Source: Escherichia coli | GTDB taxonomy: Bacteria; Pseudomonadota; Gammaproteobacteria; Enterobacterales; Enterobacteriaceae | DNA length: 64,000 nt | Assembly (NCBI RefSeq): GCF_046105845.1 | Contig: NZ_CP151004.1 | Reading direction: 5' to 3' (one strand) | Part shown: positions 10,509-22,530 of the stretch, piece by piece | Position numbering within the stretch: the stretch's first letter is position 1 | Layout of the letters: each line of letters opens with the position of its first letter | Translations under genes and position numbers: made by a program | The notes under the pieces: model-generated | Database searches by the model: none | Told to the model about the DNA's origin: nothing | The model's input: the letters and a program-made list of their open reading frames with translations, nothing else

Positions 10509-11711
10509 ATGCGCATCCTTCACACCTCAGACTGGCATCTCGGCCAGAACTTCTACAGTAAAAGCCGCGAAGCTGAACATCAGGCTTTTCTTGACTGGCT
10601 GCTGGAGACAGCACAAACCCATCAGGTGGATGCGATTATTGTTGCTGGTGATGTTTTCGATACCGGCTCGCCGCCCAGTTACGCCCGCACGTTATACAAC
10701 CGTTTTGTTGTCAATTTACAGCAAACTGGCTGTCATCTGGTGGTACTGGCAGGAAACCATGACTCGGTCGCCACGCTGAATGAATCGCGCGATATCATGG
10801 CGTTCCTCAATACTACCGTGGTCGCCAGCGCCGGACATGCGCCGCAAATCTTGCCTCGTCGCGACGGGACGCCAGGGGCAGTGCTGTGCCCCATTCCGTT
10901 TTTACGCCCACGTGACATTATTACCAGCCAGGCGGGGCTTAACGGTATTGAAAAACAGCAGCATTTGCTGGCAGCGATTACCGATTATTACCAACAACAC
11001 TATGCCGATGCCTGCAAACTGCGCGGCGCTCAGCCTCTGCCCATCATCGCCACGGGACATTTAACAACTGTGGGTGCCAGTAAAAGTGATGCCGTGCGTG
11101 ACATCTATATTGGCACGCTGGACGCGTTTCCGGCACAAAACTTTCCGCCAGCCGACTACATCGCGCTTGGGCATATTCACCGCGCGCAGATTATTGGCGG
11201 CATGGAACATGTTCGCTATTGCGGCTCCCCCATTCCACTGAGTTTTGATGAATGCGGTAAGAGTAAATATGTCCATCTGGTGACATTTTCAAACGGCAAA
11301 TTAGAGAGCGTGGAAAACCTGAACGTACCGGTAACGCAACCCATGGCGGTGCTGAAAGGCGATCTGGCGTCGATTACTGAACAGCTGGAACAGTGGCGCG
11401 ATGTATCACAGGAGCCACCGGTCTGGCTGGATATCGAAATCACTACTGATGAGTATCTGCATGATATTCAGCGCAAAATCCAGGCATTAACCGAATCATT
11501 GCCTGTCGAAGTATTGCTGGTACGCCGGAGTCGTGAACAGCGCGAGCGTGTGTTAGCCAGCCAACAGCGTGAAACCCTCAGCGAACTCAGCGTCGAAGAG
11601 GTGTTCAATCGCCGTCTGGCACTGGAAGAACTGGATGAATCGCAGCAGCAACGTCTGCAGCATCTTTTCGCCACAACGTTGCATACCCTCGCAGGAGAAC
11701 ACGAAGCATGA
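10509..11711 (+). CDS. sbcD: DNA hairpin nuclease subunit SbcD (Mre11-like)
   Basis: ORF 10467..11711; ATG at 10509 gives [18 protein letters not shown]..., the known SbcD start; calcineurin-like phosphoesterase motifs. Confidence 0.93.
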   Translation: MRILHTSDWHLGQNFYSKSREAEHQAFLDWLLETAQTHQVDAIIVAGDVFDTGSPPSYARTLYNRFVVNLQQTGCHLVVLAGNHDSVATLNESRDIMAFLNTTVVASAGHAPQILPRRDGTPGAVLCPIPFLRPRDIITSQAGLNGIEKQQHLLAAITDYYQQHYADACKLRGAQPLPIIATGHLTTVGASKSDAVRDIYIGTLDAFPAQNFPPADYIALGHIHRAQIIGGMEHVRYCGSPIPLSFDECGKSKYVHLVTFSNGKLESVENLNVPVTQPMAVLKGDLASITEQLEQWRDVSQEPPVWLDIEITTDEYLHDIQRKIQALTESLPVEVLLVRRSREQRERVLASQQRETLSELSVEEVFNRRLALEELDESQQQRLQHLFATTLHTLAGEHEA

Positions 11712-14700
11712 AAATTCTCAGCCTGCGCCTGAAAAACCTGAACTCATTAAAAGGCGAATGGAAGATTGATTTCACCCGCGAGCCGTTCGCCAGCAACGGG
11801 CTGTTTGCCATTACCGGTCCAACCGGCGCGGGAAAAACGACCCTACTCGATGCCATTTGTCTGGCGCTGTATCACGAAACTCCGCGCCTTTCTAACGTTT
11901 CACAATCGCAAAATGATCTCATGACCCGCGATACCGCCGAATGTCTGGCGGAAGTGGAGTTTGAAGTCAAAGGTGAAGCGTACCGTGCGTTCTGGAGCCA
12001 GAATCGGGCGCGTAACCAGCCGGACGGTAATTTGCAGGTGCCACGCGTTGAGCTGGCGCGCTGTGCCGATGGCAAAATTCTCGCCGACAAAGTGAAAGAT
12101 AAGCTGGAACTGACGGCGACGTTAACCGGACTGGATTACGGGCGCTTCACCCGTTCGATGCTGCTTTCGCAGGGGCAATTTGCTGCCTTCCTGAATGCCA
12201 AACCCAAAGAACGCGCGGAATTGCTCGAGGAGTTAACCGGCACTGAAATCTACGGGCAAATCTCGGCGATGGTTTTTGAGCAGCACAAATCGGCCCGCAC
12301 AGAGCTGGAGAAGCTGCAAGCGCAGGCCAGCGGCGTCGCGTTGCTCACGCCGGAACAAGTGCAATCGCTGACAGCGAGTTTGCAGGTACTTACTGACGAA
12401 GAAAAACAGTTACTTACCGCGCAGCAGCAAGAACAACAATCACTAAACTGGTTAACGCGTCTGGACGAATTGCAGCAAGAAGCCAGCCGCCGTCAGCAGG
12501 CCTTGCAACAGGCGTTAGCCGAAGAAGAAAAAGCGCAACCTCAACTGGCGGCGCTCAGTCTGGCACAACCGGCACGAAATCTTCGTCCGCACTGGGAACG
12601 CATCGCAGAACACAGCGCGGCGCTGGCGCATACTCGCCAGCAGATTGAAGAAGTAAATACTCGCTTACAGAGCACAATGGCGCTTCGCGCGAGCATTCGC
12701 CACCACGCGGCGAAGCAGTCAGCAGAATTACAGCAGCAGCAACAAAGCCTGAATACCTGGTTACAGGAACACGACCGCTTCCGTCAGTGGAACAACGAAC
12801 TGGCGGGTTGGCGTGCGCAGTTCTCCCAACAAACCAGCGATCGCGAGCATCTGCGGCAATGGCAGCAACAGTTAACCCATGCTGAGCAAAAACTTAATGC
12901 GCTTGCGGCGATCACATTGACGTTAACCGCCGATGAAGTTGCTACCGCCCTGGCGCAACATGCTGAGCAACGCCCACTGCGTCAGCGCCTGGTCGCGCTG
13001 CATGGACAGATTGTTCCCCAACAAAAACGCCTGGCGCAATTACAGGTCACTATCCAGAATGTCACGCAAGAACAGACGCAACGTAACGCCGCACTTAACG
13101 AAATGCGCCAGCGTTATAAAGAAAAGACGCAGCAACTTGCCGATGTGAAAACCATTTGCGAGCAGGAAGCGCGCATCAAAACGCTGGAAGCTCAACGTGC
13201 ACAGTTACAGGCGGATCAGCCTTGTCCTCTTTGTGGTTCCACCAGCCACCCGGCGGTCGAGGCGTATCAGGCGCTGGAACCAGGCGTTAATCAGGCCCGG
13301 CTATTAACGCTGGAAAACGAAGTGAAAAAGCTCGGTGAAGAAGGTGCGGCGCTACGTGGGCAACTGGACGCCTTAACGAAGCAGCTTCAGCGTGATGAAA
13401 ACGAAGCGCAAAGCCTCCGACAAGATGAGCAAGCACTTACTCAACAATGGCAAGCTGTCACGGCCAGCCTCAATATCACCTTGCAGCCACAGGACGATAT
13501 TCAACCGTGGCTGGATGCACAAGATGAGCACGAGCGCCAGCTGCGGATACTCAGCCAACGGCATGAATTACAAGGGCAGATTGCCGCACATAATCAGCAA
13601 ATTATCCAGTATCAACAGCAAATTGAACAACGCCAGCAGCAACTCTTAACGGCATTGGCGGGTTATGGACTGACATTGCCACAGGAAGATGAAGAAGAGA
13701 GCTGGTTGGCGACGCGTCAGCAAGAAGCACAGAGCTGGCAGCAACGCCAGAACGAATTAACCGCGCTGCAAAACCGTATGCAGCAGCTGACGCCGATTCT
13801 GGAAACGTTGCCGCAAAGTGATGAACTCCCGCACAGCGAAGAAACTGTGGCGCTGGAAAACTGGCGGCAGGTTCATGAACAATGTCTCGCATTACACAGC
13901 CAGCAGCAGACCTTACAGCAACAGGACGTTCTGGCGGCGCAAAGTCTGCAAAAAGCCCAGGCGCAGTTTGACACCGCGCTACAGGCCAGCGTCTTTGACG
14001 ATCAACAGGCGTTCCTTGCGGCGCTAATGGATGAACAAACACTAACGCAACTGGAACAGCTCAAGCAGAATCTGGAAAACCAGCGCCGTCAGGCGCAAAC
14101 GCTGGTCACTCAGACAGCAGAAGCGCTGGCACAGCATCAGCAACACCGACCTGACGGGTTGACTCTCACTGTGACGGTGAAGCAGATTCAGCAAGAGTTA
14201 GCGCAAACTCACCAAAAGTTGCGTGAAAACACCACCAGTCAGGGCGAGATTCGCCAGCAGCTGAAGCAGGATGCAGACAACCGTCAGCAACAGCAAACCT
14301 TAATGCAGCAAATTGCTCAAATGACGCAGCAGGTTGAGGACTGGGGATATCTGAATTCGCTAATAGGTTCCAAAGAGGGCGATAAATTCCGCAAGTTTGC
14401 CCAGGGGCTGACGCTGGATAATTTAGTCCATCTCGCTAATCAGCAACTTACCCGGCTGCACGGGCGCTATCTGTTACAGCGCAAAGCCAGCGAGGCGCTG
14501 GAAGTCGAGGTTGTTGATACCTGGCAGGCAGATGCGGTACGCGATACCCGTACCCTTTCCGGCGGCGAAAGTTTCCTCGTCAGTCTGGCGCTGGCGCTGG
14601 CGCTTTCGGATCTGGTCAGCCATAAAACGCGTATTGACTCGCTGTTCCTTGATGAAGGTTTTGGCACGCTGGATAGCGAAACGCTGGATACCGCCCTTGA

Positions 14701-14851
14701 TGCGCTGGATGCCCTGAATGCCAGTGGCAAAACCATCGGTGTGATTAGCCACGTTGAAGCGATGAAAGAGCGTATTCCGGTGCAGATCAAAGTGAAGAAG
14801 ATCAACGGCCTGGGCTACAGCAAACTGGAAAGTGCGTTTGCAGTGAAATAA
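11708..14851 (+). CDS. sbcC: DNA hairpin nuclease ATPase subunit SbcC (Rad50-like)
   Basis: 1047 aa; Walker [10 protein letters not shown], long Gln-rich coiled coil, CPLC zinc hook, C-terminal ABC signature LSGGESF; start overlaps sbcD stop by 4 nt. Confidence 0.95.
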   Translation: MKILSLRLKNLNSLKGEWKIDFTREPFASNGLFAITGPTGAGKTTLLDAICLALYHETPRLSNVSQSQNDLMTRDTAECLAEVEFEVKGEAYRAFWSQNRARNQPDGNLQVPRVELARCADGKILADKVKDKLELTATLTGLDYGRFTRSMLLSQGQFAAFLNAKPKERAELLEELTGTEIYGQISAMVFEQHKSARTELEKLQAQASGVALLTPEQVQSLTASLQVLTDEEKQLLTAQQQEQQSLNWLTRLDELQQEASRRQQALQQALAEEEKAQPQLAALSLAQPARNLRPHWERIAEHSAALAHTRQQIEEVNTRLQSTMALRASIRHHAAKQSAELQQQQQSLNTWLQEHDRFRQWNNELAGWRAQFSQQTSDREHLRQWQQQLTHAEQKLNALAAITLTLTADEVATALAQHAEQRPLRQRLVALHGQIVPQQKRLAQLQVTIQNVTQEQTQRNAALNEMRQRYKEKTQQLADVKTICEQEARIKTLEAQRAQLQADQPCPLCGSTSHPAVEAYQALEPGVNQARLLTLENEVKKLGEEGAALRGQLDALTKQLQRDENEAQSLRQDEQALTQQWQAVTASLNITLQPQDDIQPWLDAQDEHERQLRILSQRHELQGQIAAHNQQIIQYQQQIEQRQQQLLTALAGYGLTLPQEDEEESWLATRQQEAQSWQQRQNELTALQNRMQQLTPILETLPQSDELPHSEETVALENWRQVHEQCLALHSQQQTLQQQDVLAAQSLQKAQAQFDTALQASVFDDQQAFLAALMDEQTLTQLEQLKQNLENQRRQAQTLVTQTAEALAQHQQHRPDGLTLTVTVKQIQQELAQTHQKLRENTTSQGEIRQQLKQDADNRQQQQTLMQQIAQMTQQVEDWGYLNSLIGSKEGDKFRKFAQGLTLDNLVHLANQQLTRLHGRYLLQRKASEALEVEVVDTWQADAVRDTRTLSGGESFLVSLALALALSDLVSHKTRIDSLFLDEGFGTLDSETLDTALDALDALNASGKTIGVISHVEAMKERIPVQIKVKKINGLGYSKLESAFAVK

Positions 14852-14976
14852 CTATTCAGCAGGATAATGAATACAGAGGGGCGAATTATCTCTTGGCCTT
14901 GCTGGTCGTTATCCTGCAAGCTATCACTTTATTGGCTACGGTGATTGGTAGCCGTTCTGGTGGTTGTGATGGTGGT

Positions 14977-16161
14977 ATGAAAAAAGTCATTTTATCTTTG
15001 GCTCTGGGCACGTTTGGTTTGGGGATGGCCGAATTTGGCATTATGGGCGTGCTCACGGAGCTGGCGCATAACGTAGGAATTTCGATTCCTGCTGCCGGGC
15101 ATATGATCTCGTATTATGCGCTGGGGGTGGTGGTCGGTGCGCCAATCATCGCACTCTTTTCCAGCCGCTACTCACTCAAACATATCTTATTGTTTCTGGT
15201 GGCGTTGTGCGTCATTGGCAACGCCATGTTCACGCTCTCTTCGTCTTACCTGATGCTCGCCATTGGTCGGCTGGTTTCCGGCTTTCCGCATGGTGCATTT
15301 TTTGGCGTCGGCGCGATCGTGTTATCGAAAATTATCAAACCCGGCAAAGTCACCGCCGCCGTGGCGGGGATGGTTTCCGGGATGACAGTCGCCAATTTGC
15401 TGGGCATTCCGCTGGGAACGTATTTAAGTCAGGAATTTAGCTGGCGTTACACCTTTTTATTGATCGCTGTTTTTAATATTGCGGTGATGGCATCGGTCTA
15501 TTTTTGGGTGCCGGATATTCGCGACGAGGCGAAAGGGAAGCTACGCGAACAATTTCACTTTTTGCGCAGCCCGGCCCCGTGGTTAATTTTCGCCGCCACC
15601 ATGTTTGGCAACGCAGGTGTGTTTGCCTGGTTCAGCTACGTAAAGCCATACATGATGTTTATTTCCGGTTTTTCGGAAACGGCGATGACTTTTATTATGA
15701 TGTTAGTTGGGCTAGGGATGGTGCTGGGGAATGTGCTAAGTGGCCGGATTTCAGGACGTTATTCACCACTGCGCATTGCGGCAGTAACTGACTTTATTAT
15801 TGTGCTGGCACTGCTGATGCTCTTTTTCTTCGGCGGCATGAAAACAACGTCGCTTATTTTTGCATTTATTTGTTGCGCGGGATTATTTGCCCTTTCAGCA
15901 CCACTGCAAATATTGTTACTGCAAAATGCCAAAGGCGGAGAGTTATTAGGTGCCGCAGGTGGGCAAATAGCGTTTAACCTCGGTAGCGCCGTCGGCGCAT
16001 ATTGCGGTGGTATGATGCTGACGCTGGGGCTGGCATATAATTACGTGGCGCTGCCTGCCGCCCTGCTTTCGTTTGCTGCGATGTCGTCGTTGCTGCTGTA
16101 TGGTCGCTATAAGCGCCAGCAAGCGGCGGATAGTCCGGTGCTGGCGAAACCACTGGGGTAG
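14977..16161 (+). CDS. araJ: MFS transporter AraJ
   Basis: ORF 14893..16161; ATG at 14977 gives MKKVILSLALGTFGLGMAEFG..., matching the 394-aa AraJ. Confidence 0.9.
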   Translation: MKKVILSLALGTFGLGMAEFGIMGVLTELAHNVGISIPAAGHMISYYALGVVVGAPIIALFSSRYSLKHILLFLVALCVIGNAMFTLSSSYLMLAIGRLVSGFPHGAFFGVGAIVLSKIIKPGKVTAAVAGMVSGMTVANLLGIPLGTYLSQEFSWRYTFLLIAVFNIAVMASVYFWVPDIRDEAKGKLREQFHFLRSPAPWLIFAATMFGNAGVFAWFSYVKPYMMFISGFSETAMTFIMMLVGLGMVLGNVLSGRISGRYSPLRIAAVTDFIIVLALLMLFFFGGMKTTSLIFAFICCAGLFALSAPLQILLLQNAKGGELLGAAGGQIAFNLGSAVGAYCGGMMLTLGLAYNYVALPAALLSFAAMSSLLLYGRYKRQQAADSPVLAKPLG

Positions 16162-16187
16162 ATTACTGTCACGGTGCGCGTTGCTTA

Positions 16188-16292
16188 TTGCCGGATGAGG
16201 CGTGAACGCGTTATCGGCCTGCGGTTCCGGCACATTTTGCAGGCCTGATAAGACGCGGCATCGCATCAGGCATGATGCGCCAATTGCCTACG
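16188..16292. repeat. REP/BIME element between convergent araJ and mak
   Basis: tgccggatgaggcgtgaacgcgttatcggcctgc and aggcctgataagacgcggcatcgcatcaggca resemble E. coli REP consensus. Confidence 0.7.
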
Positions 16293-16296
16293 TTTT

Positions 16297-17205
16297 TTAC
16301 TCTTGTGGCCATAACCACGCAGCGCCGCGTACGCCGCTGGAATCACCGTGCTTCGCCTTACGCACCGGCGTTTCACATTCGCCGCCGAAGACAAATTGTT
16401 TAATCAACTGCGGAACCGTTTGATATAAACGGTCTACATTGCTCATCCCGCCCCCCAGGACAATCACATCCGGATCGAGAATATTCACGACATGTGCCAG
16501 CGATTTTGCCAGCCGCAGCTCGTAGCGACGCAATGCCAGTTCCGCTACCGGATCGCTTTCTTCAACCAGGCGGATAATTTCACTGCCTTTCAGCGCATGT
16601 CCGCTCAAACGACGATAATCCGTCGCGAATCCCGTGCCCGAAATAAAGGTTTCAATACAACCTTGTTTACCGCAATAACAAGGGACTTCCTCGCGATAAC
16701 GCAGTTCGTCTTCGTCCATCCACGGTAGCGGATTGTGTCCCCACTCACCTGCCGTGCCATTGCCGCCGATATGCGCCCGCCCATTGAATGCCACGCCCGC
16801 GCCGCATCCCGTGCCGATAATCACGGCAAATACCGTCTGCGCTCCCGCTGCCGCGCCATCTACCGCTTCTGAAACCGCCAGACAGTTGGCGTCATTTGCC
16901 AGCCGCACTTCCCGCTGCAACCGCGCGCTTAAGTCTTTATCGAATGGCTGACCGTTGAGCCAGGTTGAATTGGCATTCTTCACCACGCCGGTGTAAGGCG
17001 AAATTGAGCCAGGAATGCCCATACCTACCGTTCCGCGCAGCCCTGTCGCCTGCTCCGCCATATCAACCAACGTGGCGATCGTTTCAATAGTCTGCCGGTA
17101 ATCATCACGCGGCGTGGGCAGACGATGGCGGTACAACTGCTCCCCTGCATCGCCCAGTGCAATCACTTCAGTTTTGGTGCCGCCTAAATCGATACCTATA
17201 CGCAC
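16297..17205 (-). CDS. mak: Fructokinase/manno(fructo)kinase Mak (ROK family)
   Basis: ORF 16297..17343; GTG at 17205 with AGGAG Shine-Dalgarno gives [18 protein letters not shown]..., matching the 302-aa Mak. Confidence 0.9.
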   Translation of the reverse strand: MRIGIDLGGTKTEVIALGDAGEQLYRHRLPTPRDDYRQTIETIATLVDMAEQATGLRGTVGMGIPGSISPYTGVVKNANSTWLNGQPFDKDLSARLQREVRLANDANCLAVSEAVDGAAAGAQTVFAVIIGTGCGAGVAFNGRAHIGGNGTAGEWGHNPLPWMDEDELRYREEVPCYCGKQGCIETFISGTGFATDYRRLSGHALKGSEIIRLVEESDPVAELALRRYELRLAKSLAHVVNILDPDVIVLGGGMSNVDRLYQTVPQLIKQFVFGGECETPVRKAKHGDSSGVRGAAWLWPQE

Positions 17206-17329
17206 GGTACTCTCCTTATTTTTTTCAATATCAATAGCGTAGAGACGGACAACTGGATTGGCAATGCAAGGCCGCCGACAATTCGTTATCATGCCCGCTA
17301 AATTTAACGACAAGGCCGTGGAAATTATC

Positions 17330-18241
17330 ATGCTGTGGTTCAAAAATTTAATGGTTTACCGTCTTAGCCGCGAGATTTCGTTGCGTGCAGAAGAGATGGA
17401 AAAACAGCTAGCCTCGATGGCATTTACCCCATGCGGCAGCCAGGACATGGCGAAGATGGGCTGGGTTCCTCCGATGGGATCGCACAGCGATGCGTTAACG
17501 CACGTTGCCAATGGTCAAATTGTTATCTGCGCGCGCAAAGAAGAAAAAATCCTCCCGTCTCCGGTGATTAAACAGGCGCTGGAAGCGAAAATCGCCAAAC
17601 TGGAAGCGGAACAGGCGCGTAAGCTGAAGAAAACCGAAAAAGATTCGCTGAAAGACGAAGTGCTGCACTCTCTGCTGCCACGTGCTTTCAGCCGTTTTAG
17701 CCAGACAATGATGTGGATCGACACGGTTAACGGTTTGATTATGGTGGACTGCGCCAGTGCCAAAAAAGCGGAAGATACGCTGGCATTACTGCGTAAAAGC
17801 CTGGGGTCGTTACCGGTTGTACCATTGAGCATGGAAAACCCGATTGAACTGACGCTGACCGAATGGGTACGCTCCGGCAGCGCGGCACAGGGCTTCCAGC
17901 TGCTTGATGAAGCCGAGCTGAAATCACTGCTGGAAGATGGTGGAGTGATCCGCGCGAAGAAACAAGATCTGACCAGCGAAGAGATCACCAATCACATTGA
18001 AGCCGGAAAAGTGGTGACTAAACTGGCGCTCGACTGGCAGCAGCGCATTCAGTTTGTGATGTGCGACGATGGTTCGCTCAAGCGTCTGAAGTTCTGCGAC
18101 GAGCTGCGCGATCAAAACGAAGATATCGACCGTGAAGATTTCGCCCAGCGTTTTGATGCCGATTTCATCCTGATGACTGGTGAACTGGCAGCGTTAATTC
18201 AAAACCTGATTGAAGGATTAGGTGGCGAAGCACAACGTTAA
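17330..18241 (+). CDS. rdgC: Recombination-associated protein RdgC
   Basis: ORF 17258..18241; ATG at 17330 gives [18 protein letters not shown]..., the known 303-aa RdgC. Confidence 0.93.
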
Positions 18242-18260
18242 TTGCTGATTTACCTTTAAT

Positions 18261-18297
18261 GCCGGATGCGACGCCTGCCGCGTCTTATCCGGCGTAC
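18261..18297. repeat. REP element downstream of rdgC
   Basis: gccggatgcgacgcctgccgcgtcttatccggcgtac matches REP consensus. Confidence 0.7.
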
Positions 18298-18398
18298 GAA
18301 GCCACACCAGGCATATAATTATTCGCTACGGCGGGCAATAATTTTTAGCGCAGCAATATTATGCGTTTTACGCTGTAACTTGCTCCATGGGCGTTGTG

Positions 18399-18680
18399 TC
18401 ATTGTTTTTCCTCAAGCCGGTGACGCGCTTCACTGCGAATTTTCCGCGTTGCCCCGGTTTTCACTAAATCACGTAACAGCGAAAGATCGGGTTGATCGAC
18501 AAATAAGAGTAATGATGGATCCTCTTTTAACCACATCGTTTTCACATCGGCAGCCAACTGTGGATTATTAATAACCAACGCCCGATCCTGAGGCTCAGTC
18601 AATGCCGTTAACAACGACGCCGGGGTATGTGCGTTGCGCAATGCCGTTTGGCGCAAATGATCATTGCGACTTTGCAGCAA
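18399..18680 (-). CDS. Small hypothetical protein at the position of K-12 ykiA; coding status uncertain
   Basis: 93-codon ORF with TTG start only; no in-frame ATG near the 5' end; sits where K-12 ykiA lies between rdgC and ppnP. Confidence 0.3.
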   Translation of the reverse strand: MLQSRNDHLRQTALRNAHTPASLLTALTEPQDRALVINNPQLAADVKTMWLKEDPSLLLFVDQPDLSLLRDLVKTGATRKIRSEARHRLEEKQ

Positions 18681-18887
18681 TGCACGCCACCATTCATCAT
18701 CTGATTTATCTTTTATCGTAGCCAGTTCCGCAAAAATATCTGGGGATCTTCGCTGATATTTATATCAACCTTGATGAATTATGAATATATCGGAAATCGA
18801 AAAAATCCCAGCAAAGGAAATATTATTATGGGTTAAAGAGAGGACATTTCAGAAAAATGCCCTCCCGTTCAAGGGGAAGGCGAGGAA

Positions 18888-19172
18888 TTACAGATAGCGG
18901 CACAGATAAGAGGTGGGTTCGGCAACTTGCAGATGAAACTCGCTGTGACCGGGAACATTAAACACCGAACCGGCTTCATACACCTGCCAGTCGGTCGCGT
19001 CAGGCAGTAACACATTCAGCGCACCACTGATTACCGTCATCTCTTCAGGCTCAGCGGTGCTGAAGGTGTATTCGCCTTCAACCATAACACCCACGCTGGC
19101 GCGACCAGTGCTGCTGCTGGAAAAGCCGATCGATTTCACTTTGCCTGAAAAGTACTCATTACTTTGAAGCAT
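18888..19172 (-). CDS. ppnP: Pyrimidine/purine nucleoside phosphorylase PpnP (YaiE)
   Basis: 94 aa, [37 protein letters not shown]...; matches recalled YaiE/PpnP. Confidence 0.92.
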
Positions 19173-19243
19173 AAACTGGCCCTGTCTGGTAGTTGAACAT
19201 CTACTTCACTATAGGGGCCAGAGGCGCTGGCTGTCACGCAAAA

Positions 19244-19921
19244 TTACACCAGTAATTCCGCAGCCAGCCGTGCAATCAATACGTTAGACAGCAAGACAGG
19301 AACATCGAGCTGTTTTTGCAGTAAATCGCGATGACGCTGGTTAAATCCCAAACAATCCAGCATGATGACATCTGCGCCTTTCGCCAGTAATTCTTTCCCG
19401 GCATCAATGATTTTTTGTTCTGAATCATGAATGGGGTTACCCAATGAAAATACCGGCGGTTTCTGCAAAATTTGCCATTTTTGCGCCTGAACGGTCAGCA
19501 ACTCCTCAACCGGTACGATAACCCCTACCTGATGATCTTCAACAATAGAGGAAACCAGCGGTGGCAATATCCGCGACGGCTCAAGAAAGATCGTATTACG
19601 CGCAGTCATACTACTAATGTTTGCCGTACTCATTAATATAATGACGTCGTAGCCCTGATTATCGAGCACTTCAACCACACCTTGCAGGTCACGCTCTACT
19701 TTGCGACGCGAAACATGGGCCAGATGGTTGTCATTTAATAATGTGAGAATTGTGTCTTCGCCTGCTTCTGGCGCGTACTCCGCCATCACTTCTTCGCGGC
19801 TTAACTTCCCCAGCAGGCTATGATGGGAAATATTATCTTCGTCAATGTATTCTGTCAGGAGCGGCAAAACTTCCTGCATAGGTACAATGCCGATGGTCAG
19901 GATCGCCAACGACGCACTCAT
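19244..19921 (-). CDS. aroM: AroM protein
   Basis: 225 aa, [30 protein letters not shown]...; position after yaiA-aroL. Confidence 0.9.
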   Translation of the reverse strand: MSASLAILTIGIVPMQEVLPLLTEYIDEDNISHHSLLGKLSREEVMAEYAPEAGEDTILTLLNDNHLAHVSRRKVERDLQGVVEVLDNQGYDVIILMSTANISSMTARNTIFLEPSRILPPLVSSIVEDHQVGVIVPVEELLTVQAQKWQILQKPPVFSLGNPIHDSEQKIIDAGKELLAKGADVIMLDCLGFNQRHRDLLQKQLDVPVLLSNVLIARLAAELLV

Positions 19922-20178
19922 TGTTCTTCCACCTTACTTTTATTTCGTCGTTAATTACCGGGCAAGCGCTAAGCACCACTGCTGACACTTACCTGTGCTA
20001 CAAATGACAAAAAGCGTAGCAGCAGACCTACACGGCATAATGTAAAGATTCCAAATGATTCCAGTAATGGATTGTTATTGTTTAATATTCTAATTATTTG
20101 AAAAACATGAATTGTGAAAAATGTGACGCAGATCCCTTGTGGTGGCACTCAGAATCCCTTCCGAGCAGTCTGATGCGG

Positions 20179-20379
<201 letters not shown>

Positions 20380-20419
20380 TTATTTCACGGGATGAACGTT
20401 AAGTATAGGCGCTCGAAAA

Positions 20420-20944
20420 TCAACAATTGATCGTCTGTGCCAGGGCACTGCGAATTTCAGAAATCACCTGGCTGGGTTCGTTTGTTGCGTCGATGATAAT
20501 ATGCGCAACTTCGCGATAAAGCGCATCGCGTTCTTCCAGCACTTCCTGAACTTCTTCGCTCAGCGGTTTCCCCGTTAAGGTTGGCCGTAAATCTTCTTCC
20601 GGTGCAGCTTGCAGTCGGTTAACCAGGACTGATACTGGCGCACACAAATAAACCACGATCCCGTTATTTTGCATAAAGTGACGATTAAATTCCGTCAGGA
20701 TAATGCCGCCGCCTGTAGCGATAACGGTGGATGGCGCAGTTACCGCTTCCAGCGCCGCCGTTTCTCTGGCGCGGAATCCCGCCCACTCTTCCCTTTCGAC
20801 GATCTCCGCGACCGTCATATTGAGCTGTGATTGCAACCACTGATCGGTATCGACAAACCGACGGTTAAGCGAATCGGCAAGGGCCATTCCGACCGTTGTT
20901 TTACCACAGCCCCGAGGCCCGATCAGAAAAAGAGGTTGTGTCAT
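20420..20944 (-). CDS. aroL: Shikimate kinase II AroL
   Basis: 174 aa, [36 protein letters not shown]...; P-loop shikimate kinase. Confidence 0.95.
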
Positions 20945-21107
20945 CGTGGGTTTTCCCCAATAGGTCGCAATGCGGCGAAAGCCGGTGTCATGAGAATAGC
21001 GATCATACCATCAAACTAGTACAATTTCGATTGTAAAGAAAAAATTCCACTTAAAGTGAAAATCTCAATACATCCCTTACTATACCAATAAATATTCAAG
21101 AATGAAG

Positions 21108-21125
21108 TGTAAATAATAAATTACA
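21108..21125. promoter_or_regulatory. Candidate TyrR box upstream of aroL
   Basis: tgtaaa-taataa-attaca fits TGTAAA-N6-TTTACA with one mismatch; aroL is a known TyrR/TrpR target; weaker TGTAAA half-site also at 21032. Confidence 0.4.
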
Positions 21126-21126
21126 T

Positions 21127-21585
21127 TTAGCCACGACTACGTTGCACTTCCAGCCACCACTTCTCCAGCTCCGCGGCAAAGGCCTGGCGGTCACGTTGTG
21201 AAAGGCTATCTGGTCCCCCGGTCTGGATCCCACTGGCGCGTAAGGTATCCATAAAATCGCGCATCGTCAGGCGCTCACGAATGGTCGCTGGCGTGTAACG
21301 TTCGCCGCGTGGATTAAGCGCCGCCGCGCCTTTCTCGATGGCTTCAGCAGCCAAAGGAATATCTGCGGTGATCACCAAATCGCCAGCTTCACACTGCCGG
21401 ACAATTTCGTTATCGGCAACGTCGAAACCTGCCGCGACGCGCAGCGTTCGAATTAATCGCGAAGGCGGTACGCGTAAACTCTGGTTTGCTACCAGTACCA
21501 GCGGCATCTGCATACGTTCAGCCGCGCGATACAAAATCTCTTTAATTACATTGGGACACGCGTCGGCATCCACCCAAATTGTCAT
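21127..21585 (-). CDS. yaiI: UPF0178 protein YaiI
   Basis: ORF 21127..21705; internal ATG at 21585 gives [24 protein letters not shown]..., the known 152-aa YaiI. Confidence 0.88.
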   Translation of the reverse strand: MTIWVDADACPNVIKEILYRAAERMQMPLVLVANQSLRVPPSRLIRTLRVAAGFDVADNEIVRQCEAGDLVITADIPLAAEAIEKGAAALNPRGERYTPATIRERLTMRDFMDTLRASGIQTGGPDSLSQRDRQAFAAELEKWWLEVQRSRG

Positions 21586-21704
21586 AAAGTCATCCCTTGT
21601 TGGGTAATTCTCTATTGTGTCGCGCTTTTGCCTTCCGGCATAGTTCTGTTTATGCTTCTGCCAGCGATTATCAAAACAATGAATTTCACGGCAGGAGTGA
21701 GGCA

Positions 21705-22514
21705 ATGGAAAAGAAAATCGGTTTTATTGGCTGCGGCAATATGGGAAAAGCCATTCTCGGCGGTCTGATTGCCAGCGGTCAGGTGCTTCCAGGGCAAATC
21801 TGGGTATATACCCCCTCCCCGGATAAAGTCGCCGCCCTGCATGACCAGTTCGGCATCAACGCCGCAGAATCGGCGCAAGAAGTGGCGCAAATCGCCGACA
21901 TCATTTTTGCCGCCGTTAAACCTGGCAGCATGATTAAAGTGCTTAGCGAAATCACCTCCAGCCTGAATAAAGACTCTCTGGTCGTTTCTATTGCAGCAGG
22001 CGTCACGCTCGACCAGCTTGCCCGCGCGCTGGGCCATGACCGGAAAATTATCCGCGCCATGCCGAACACTCCCGCGCTGGTTAATGCCGGGATGACCTCC
22101 GTAACGCCAAACGCGCTGGTAACCCCAGAAGATACCGCTGATGTGCTGAATATTTTCCGCTGCTTTGGCGAAGCGGAAGTAATTGCCGAGCCGATGATCC
22201 ACCCGGTGGTCGGTGTGAGCGGTTCTTCGCCAGCCTACGTCTTTATGTTTATCGAAGCGATGGCCGACGCTGCCGTGCTGGGCGGGATGCCACGCGCCCA
22301 GGCGTATAAATTTGCCGCTCAGGCGGTAATGGGTTCCGCAAAAATGGTGCTGGAAACGGGAGAACATCCGGGGGCACTGAAAGATATGGTCTGCTCACCG
22401 GGAGGCACCACCATTGAGGCGGTACGCGTACTGGAAGAGAAAGGCTTCCGTGCCGCAGTGATCGAAGCGATGACGAAGTGTATGGAAAAATCAGAAAAAC
22501 TCAGTAAATCCTGA
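21705..22514 (+). CDS. proC: Pyrroline-5-carboxylate reductase ProC
   Basis: ORF 21597..22514; ATG at 21705 gives [25 protein letters not shown]..., the known 269-aa ProC. Confidence 0.95.
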   Translation: MEKKIGFIGCGNMGKAILGGLIASGQVLPGQIWVYTPSPDKVAALHDQFGINAAESAQEVAQIADIIFAAVKPGSMIKVLSEITSSLNKDSLVVSIAAGVTLDQLARALGHDRKIIRAMPNTPALVNAGMTSVTPNALVTPEDTADVLNIFRCFGEAEVIAEPMIHPVVGVSGSSPAYVFMFIEAMADAAVLGGMPRAQAYKFAAQAVMGSAKMVLETGEHPGALKDMVCSPGGTTIEAVRVLEEKGFRAAVIEAMTKCMEKSEKLSKS

Positions 22515-22530
22515 TGACTTTTGCCGGACG

